A stretch of DNA of 32,000 bases from an uncultured Erysipelotrichaceae bacterium (lineage in GTDB: Bacteria; Bacillota_I; Bacilli_A; Erysipelotrichales; Erysipelotrichaceae). Shown here in pieces: positions 28,188 through 32,000 of this stretch. The DNA lies in contig OW818668.1 in NCBI GenBank assembly GCA_942493105.1, forward strand, positions 2,000,408 through 2,032,407. Reading direction: 5' to 3'. A model generated the notes under the pieces. It had not been told where the DNA came from and made no database searches. It was given only the letters and a program-made list of their open reading frames with translations. The translations under genes were made by a program, and so were the position numbers. Numbering within the stretch: position 1 is the stretch's first letter; each line of letters opens with the position of its first letter.

Positions 28188-28196
28188 ATTATACCA
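28188..28196 (-). promoter_or_regulatory. Extended -10 element (TGGTATAAT) 6 nt upstream of the coaX ATG
   Basis: The minus strand reads TGGTATAAT-TGACCT-ATG. The A of the ATG falls at the expected transcription start position. Confidence 0.4.
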
Positions 28197-28198
28197 TA

Positions 28199-28221
28199 AG
28201 AAAAACCGGGTTTTACCGGTT
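28199..28221 (-). terminator. Terminator of the Tad-like operon
   Basis: Minus strand AACCGG-TAAAAC-CCGGTT followed by TTTCTT. It overlaps the stop codon of the TadE-like gene. Confidence 0.5.
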
Positions 28222-28551
28222 CATCGGCCGTGTGATCAATTGAATCATCGCGGACTTTTCATAATTAAGCAAAGGAATGCTTAACGGATAACTAACTTTG
28301 ATAGAATAACGCTTGGTCAGTTCATCTTGAGTGATGGTAGAAGAACAGAAACTGCATTGAATAGGATGATTTTGAATCAACAACGCAACAGATTCGTCAT
28401 AACGATTTTGATGTTCAATAAGCGCTAAAATCGTTTCTCCAAAAAGTCTGGCTTGATTCTGTGATAAGATCACTTGCGTAAAACTCATGCCCAAGATCAC
28501 AAACATCATACCAAACAGAAAGACCATACCTAATTCAAATGCCCCTTTCAT
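28213..28551 (-). CDS. TadE-like minor pilin / pseudopilin
   Basis: 112 aa. N-terminus MKGAFELGMVFLFGMMFVILG has a short charged start, a Glu, then a hydrophobic helix. Its ATG overlaps the stop of the flp-like ORF (TAATG). Located downstream of tadC-flp. Confidence 0.5.
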   Translation of the reverse strand: MKGAFELGMVFLFGMMFVILGMSFTQVILSQNQARLFGETILALIEHQNRYDESVALLIQNHPIQCSFCSSTITQDELTKRYSIKVSYPLSIPLLNYEKSAMIQLITRPMNR

Positions 28552-28697
28552 TAGCTGTTAGAGGTCATTTGAGCCCACTGCGCCGATAAAGTTTCCTGCA
28601 TCGTTGTTTTAAATCCTTCTGAGAATACAATCATTCCAGTTGCGATCACGGTTACGACCAATACCAATCCATACTCTTCAAAAAATGCTTTCATCAT
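28551..28697 (-). CDS. flp: Flp-family pilin candidate (47-48 aa), absent from the supplied ORF track
   Basis: Hand translation: MMKAFFEEYGLVLVVTVIATGMIVFSEGFKTTMQETLSAQWAQMTSNS. EYGL followed by about 20 hydrophobic residues is the Flp core. GGAGGTGAG directly upstream contains the tadC stop codon TGA. Either of the two tandem ATGs (28697 or 28694) may be used. Confidence 0.65.
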   Translation of the reverse strand: MMKAFFEEYGLVLVVTVIATGMIVFSEGFKTTMQETLSAQWAQMTSNS

Positions 28698-28698
28698 C

Positions 28699-29454
28699 TC
28701 ACCTCCTTTCAAACATCGTCATCAAGACACTCATCATGGCACTTAGGAAAACCAAAGTCACTCCAATTAACGGGATCATCCCTAACCATTGGCTGATCAT
28801 CAATTGCTTTTGTTTGGCATATTGACGTTCTTGCCTTAGCCACTTGGAAGTCGATGCAATCATTCGATTAAACTGTCTTGAGGCATCTTGTTGGCCTGTG
28901 TTTTCAAATCTATACAACCACTTCATGGCTCTTTGAATCTCAGAAAGCTCCAATCGGCTCATAAACGCTGTATATGAGCTCAATCTTCCAGGTTGCGAGA
29001 GTAATCTCTGATGCAGTAACTTGAGTTCTGAACGAAGATACAAAGGTGCTTGAGGGATCGAACACTCTATAGCTTTGATGACCGTATTGTTTTGAAGCAA
29101 GATTTGAAGCTGTCTCAAATAAATCGGAAACTGATAGCGGATCAGATCAGACTGTCGTTTGACTTCAGATTTCAAAGAGAACCAAGGGCTGACATAGATC
29201 AATAAGATCAAGCTAATAAACAACAGATCAAATTGAATTGAATTGACCCAGACTAAGGTAATCATCCAAGCCCAACGAACTTGATGACTTCGTCTATACC
29301 TCCTTCTTTGCCACAAACTGGGGTTTTCCTTTTCTAAAATCCAAAAATAATGAATAAGTTTAGCATCTGATAAACGACTGATCCAAGGTTCCAAAATAGG
29401 ATCAAGGGCAATCCAACTCAAGAGAATGATCCAATGAAGAACTATATTTTCCAT
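28699..29454 (-). CDS. tadC: TadC-like platform protein (T2SS-F domain)
   Basis: N-terminal TM helices, a cytoplasmic helical T2SSF-like region (IRYQFPIYLRQLQILLQNNTVIKAIE ... EIQRAMKWLYRFENTG) and a C-terminal TM pair. Confidence 0.6.
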   Translation of the reverse strand: MENIVLHWIILLSWIALDPILEPWISRLSDAKLIHYFWILEKENPSLWQRRRYRRSHQVRWAWMITLVWVNSIQFDLLFISLILLIYVSPWFSLKSEVKRQSDLIRYQFPIYLRQLQILLQNNTVIKAIECSIPQAPLYLRSELKLLHQRLLSQPGRLSSYTAFMSRLELSEIQRAMKWLYRFENTGQQDASRQFNRMIASTSKWLRQERQYAKQKQLMISQWLGMIPLIGVTLVFLSAMMSVLMTMFERR

Positions 29455-30248
29455 ATTTCCTCACGTTCTTCGATCCATCGCTTAGATAGTAGATTTTGAA
29501 CTACAGCAATCGTAATCTGAATCATCAACATAAAGATCAGTAATGCCATATCCGTTAAGTTCATTTGAGCTTGTAAGCCTGTTTTCTTGAGCATGGATTG
29601 ACTGAAATAAGCAATGAACAAGGCAAAGATACTTAAGAGAATAATGCGGTTTCTTTGTTGTTTCTCCATTTGTTTGAACAGTAAAGTATCTTCGGCCCAT
29701 TCTTCAATATCATCTTGAATGATATCTAAACTTAAACCATAATCATGCGTTCCAAATAATTCGACTGCGACCATCAAATGAATCAAATTCCCAATGACAA
29801 AATGAGGATATGATTTTAGAAAAAACAACGCCGAATGATTTAGATCTTTACCTTGTTCAAGATCATTGATCCAAGCTAGAACCGATTCTTTAAGCTTACC
29901 TTTGATCAGATCTTGACTCTCGGTAAAACTGAAGTAGATCTTAGGATGATGTTTAAACAGAGCCAGAACTTGTTGAAAAAAATCAATCATCATATAGAAA
30001 TCTGTTTCTTGTCTTTTATAGATCTCTTCAGTAATGGAAAACCAGATCCCTAATCCAAATGCACTGGTCATGATGATAAGTTGATTGATGATACCTAGAC
30101 CTAATAAGTATCCAAGAATATAAAAAACAAAAACCGACACTAGTCCAAACAGACCGTGTTGAGTCAACCAGATCCAGCGTCTAGGTTTCACGATGGATAC
30201 CTTTATTCGGCAATTCATCAAAACTAAGCTCTGGATTCTTCTCATCAT
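29442..30248 (-). CDS. tadB: TadB-like platform protein (T2SS-F domain)
   Basis: Same architecture as tadC. The start is uncertain: the track ATG overlaps tadA by 68 nt, and an in-frame GTG at 30191 would overlap by 11 nt. Confidence 0.55.
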   Translation of the reverse strand: MMRRIQSLVLMNCRIKVSIVKPRRWIWLTQHGLFGLVSVFVFYILGYLLGLGIINQLIIMTSAFGLGIWFSITEEIYKRQETDFYMMIDFFQQVLALFKHHPKIYFSFTESQDLIKGKLKESVLAWINDLEQGKDLNHSALFFLKSYPHFVIGNLIHLMVAVELFGTHDYGLSLDIIQDDIEEWAEDTLLFKQMEKQQRNRIILLSIFALFIAYFSQSMLKKTGLQAQMNLTDMALLIFMLMIQITIAVVQNLLSKRWIEEREEIWKI

Positions 30249-31170
30249 CTTTATAAATCAAGATCGTCTTGGGTTTAAAATGTTCATCCAAGTGATAGTA
30301 CACTAATTCTCTGATTTTCCTTCGTATGCCTTTGGATGAGCTTTGAATTTCAATATGAAGCCCAAAATCAAGTGTGGAATGAACAAGAGCCAATAGATTG
30401 GTGTTTGTGACATCCACTTCAGGCATCATATGCATTAAACGCTGAGGAATCGCACTGGCATTTTCCGCATGAACCGTACTTAAGACACTGGCTCCTGTCG
30501 AACAGCTTTGAATCAGTTGCATGACTTCCCTACCTCTGACTTCAGACACACATATCCAATCCGGTCTTTGTCTTAAGGCTGCTTTTATAGCAGCCTCATA
30601 ATCAAATAAAGGGCTGATTTTGATCATTACGTGATCTTTATGCGGATGAATCTCACCATAGCGCAACTCTAGGCTATCTTCGATCGTTATGACACGCTGA
30701 TAAGCTGGAATACTTTTCATCAGATACTTTACCAATTCTGTTTTACCGCTGCCAGGCAAACCACTGATCAAGATATTTGATCGAGCTTTGATGGCATCCT
30801 TAAGTAACTCGATGACCCATGCAGGTGCATAATTCTTCATCATCAGATCACTGATTCTTAATAACGCTGGTGTCTTACGGATTGAAATGCTTAAGCCACT
30901 GCGACAAACACTCTGATGAAGCATACTAATGCGCAATTCTTTGGTTTCGGCTTCTAGGATAGGCGAACTGATATTGAAAGGCAAATTGACATAATTTGCG
31001 ATCTTATAAGCAAAGGCCTGCATAAACTCATGCGCAGTAAATGGTTCAATCGGATATCTTCCTTTTTCTAGATGATCGACCCAACACTGTTTACCGTTAT
31101 AGTTGATGTCGGTTATTTGATCATCTCTAACCCAAGGGCTTAATATCCCAAAATCAAAGTCATCGTTCAT
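30181..31170 (-). CDS. tadA: TadA/CpaF-type secretion ATPase (VirB11-like)
   Basis: Walker A GLPGSGKTE, Asp box ITIEDSLEL, Walker B RQRPDWICVSEVRG, His box LSTVHAEN. At 329 aa it is short for CpaF. Confidence 0.8.
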   Translation of the reverse strand: MNDDFDFGILSPWVRDDQITDINYNGKQCWVDHLEKGRYPIEPFTAHEFMQAFAYKIANYVNLPFNISSPILEAETKELRISMLHQSVCRSGLSISIRKTPALLRISDLMMKNYAPAWVIELLKDAIKARSNILISGLPGSGKTELVKYLMKSIPAYQRVITIEDSLELRYGEIHPHKDHVMIKISPLFDYEAAIKAALRQRPDWICVSEVRGREVMQLIQSCSTGASVLSTVHAENASAIPQRLMHMMPEVDVTNTNLLALVHSTLDFGLHIEIQSSSKGIRRKIRELVYYHLDEHFKPKTILIYKDDEKNPELSFDELPNKGIHRET

Positions 31171-31858
31171 GAAGCACCTTGATCAACGCAGTACCTTCAA
31201 TCAAAATACTTTCTTGGTCTGCATTTTGACCAGAACTTGGAGTTATGATGAGATCCCCCAATTCAATGGCTTTGGTCAAGAGTGATACTTGATCTTGATT
31301 GAGTGCAATCAACATCAACTTAGGATAATCTGTTGCCTTTTCAAGTTCTTTTCCATTTTTATCTTTAAGACTTAATATTCTAACATTACTGATCAATCGA
31401 TCCACGACTGTCAATCGATTGTGTAAGATTGAAATATACAGATCAACTTTTTGATAGGGTTGCAGTGTATTTCCTGAGGTCATTTTTAAATCGACATCCA
31501 ACGCATAGACCACTTGGTTATCCAACAATAAAAGACTTGGGGAATCCTTAGCCTCTTGGATGGATTCAACCATTGAATCATAGATAAAACTACCCTGTGG
31601 GATCTGTGATCGAATCAGTGTGTATTTGCCGATTAGATCTTTGATATCTAGTACGATAGAGGTTTGCAGATAAGCTTTGGGAACCTTGATCATCACGATG
31701 TCTTTTTCACTGATCAATGTCCTGGGTTGTAGCACATTGGCAGCTATAGGTACATCCACCAGGTCTAAGCGTTGATCGACATAAATCTTTGATCCCAAAT
31801 ATGCAATACCGCAAAGTGCTGCTGCCAATAAACCCAATATGATTCTATTCGATTTCAT
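31160..31858 (-). CDS. cpaB: CpaB/RcpC-like Flp pilus assembly protein
   Basis: N-terminal TM anchor. SAF-like segment (VPIAANVLQPRTLISEKDI) and RcpC-like C-terminal region. Overlaps tadA by 11 nt. Confidence 0.6.
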   Translation of the reverse strand: MKSNRIILGLLAAALCGIAYLGSKIYVDQRLDLVDVPIAANVLQPRTLISEKDIVMIKVPKAYLQTSIVLDIKDLIGKYTLIRSQIPQGSFIYDSMVESIQEAKDSPSLLLLDNQVVYALDVDLKMTSGNTLQPYQKVDLYISILHNRLTVVDRLISNVRILSLKDKNGKELEKATDYPKLMLIALNQDQVSLLTKAIELGDLIITPSSGQNADQESILIEGTALIKVLHER

Positions 31859-32000
31859 GTTCTACCTCGATCATGGTTTCTTCTGCTTTTAAATTCAACT
31901 CAAAAAGCGATCCTATATCTGTCGCTTCGATTCTAATCCTTAATGCGAGCGGATCTGAAATAAAACCCATCAGATCGATTTTATAGATGACTGATTTTTG
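31845..32000 (-). CDS. 3' end (51 codons) of an unidentified gene running off the right edge; first visible gene of the Tad-like operon
   Basis: Open frame from nt 32000 to TAG at 31845-31847 (..QKSVIYKIDLMGFISDPLALRIRIEATDIGSLFELNLKAEETMIEVEHEIE). It overlaps the cpaB start by 14 nt. It was too short and partial to appear in the ORF track. Confidence 0.4.
   Translation of the reverse strand, partial: QKSVIYKIDLMGFISDPLALRIRIEATDIGSLFELNLKAEETMIEVEHEIE

Noticed and set aside
28698-28721. Longer form of the Flp candidate starting at in-frame TTG 28710-28712 (LKGGEMMKAFFEEYG), which would supply Gly residues upstream of EY
   Set aside because: The GGAGG that would serve as RBS would then be inside the coding sequence. 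No RBS precedes the TTG, and the Gly-to-EY spacing (8 residues) still does not fit G/XXXXEY.
27284-32000. Tad-like locus as a genomic island integrated at tRNA-His
   Set aside because: No integrase, no direct repeat of the tRNA 3' end and no mobility genes are seen. The housekeeping gene coaX lies between the tRNA and the locus, and the locus is on the 5' (promoter) side of the tRNA gene rather than its 3' end. Only a by-eye AT-richness hint remains.

Overview
AT-rich chromosomal window from a monoderm low-GC bacterium (Bacillota/Mycoplasmatota-like). This rests on GGAGG-type Shine-Dalgarno sites, lipoprotein-type solute-binding proteins, and a tRNA cluster in the Bacillus/Mollicutes order Arg-Pro-Met-Ile-Ser-fMet-Phe. 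Most of the window is housekeeping: DEAD-box helicase, xpt, a PyrR-attenuated uracil permease, pepF, rimO, a 10-tRNA operon, and an XRE/cupin regulator followed by potABC and two tandem potD genes. It also holds trxA, a nagA / DagK-like kinase / nagB / Cof-phosphatase string, ygiQ, pduL, fba, tRNA-His and coaX. Three things stand out. (1) The left edge carries part of a type IV pilus module: a PilM-PilN fusion that is open to the window edge, a PilO-like gene and the PilB ATPase. (2) Directly downstream of pilB is a monocistronic gene that I read as a heliorhodopsin, with the Schiff-base Lys, counter-ion Glu and both conserved His present. (3) The right edge carries a compact, translationally coupled Tad/Flp-like pilus operon: partial ORF, cpaB, tadA, tadB, tadC, flp, tadE-like. 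Its pilin gene is a 47-48 codon ORF missing from the supplied ORF track. Both pilin-like products have almost no leader peptide, the Flp candidate has Lys rather than the canonical Gly at -1, and no prepilin peptidase, TadZ or secretin gene is visible. I saw no rRNA, CRISPR array, transposase or integrase. All calls come from reading the sequence and recalling family motifs; no searches were run.
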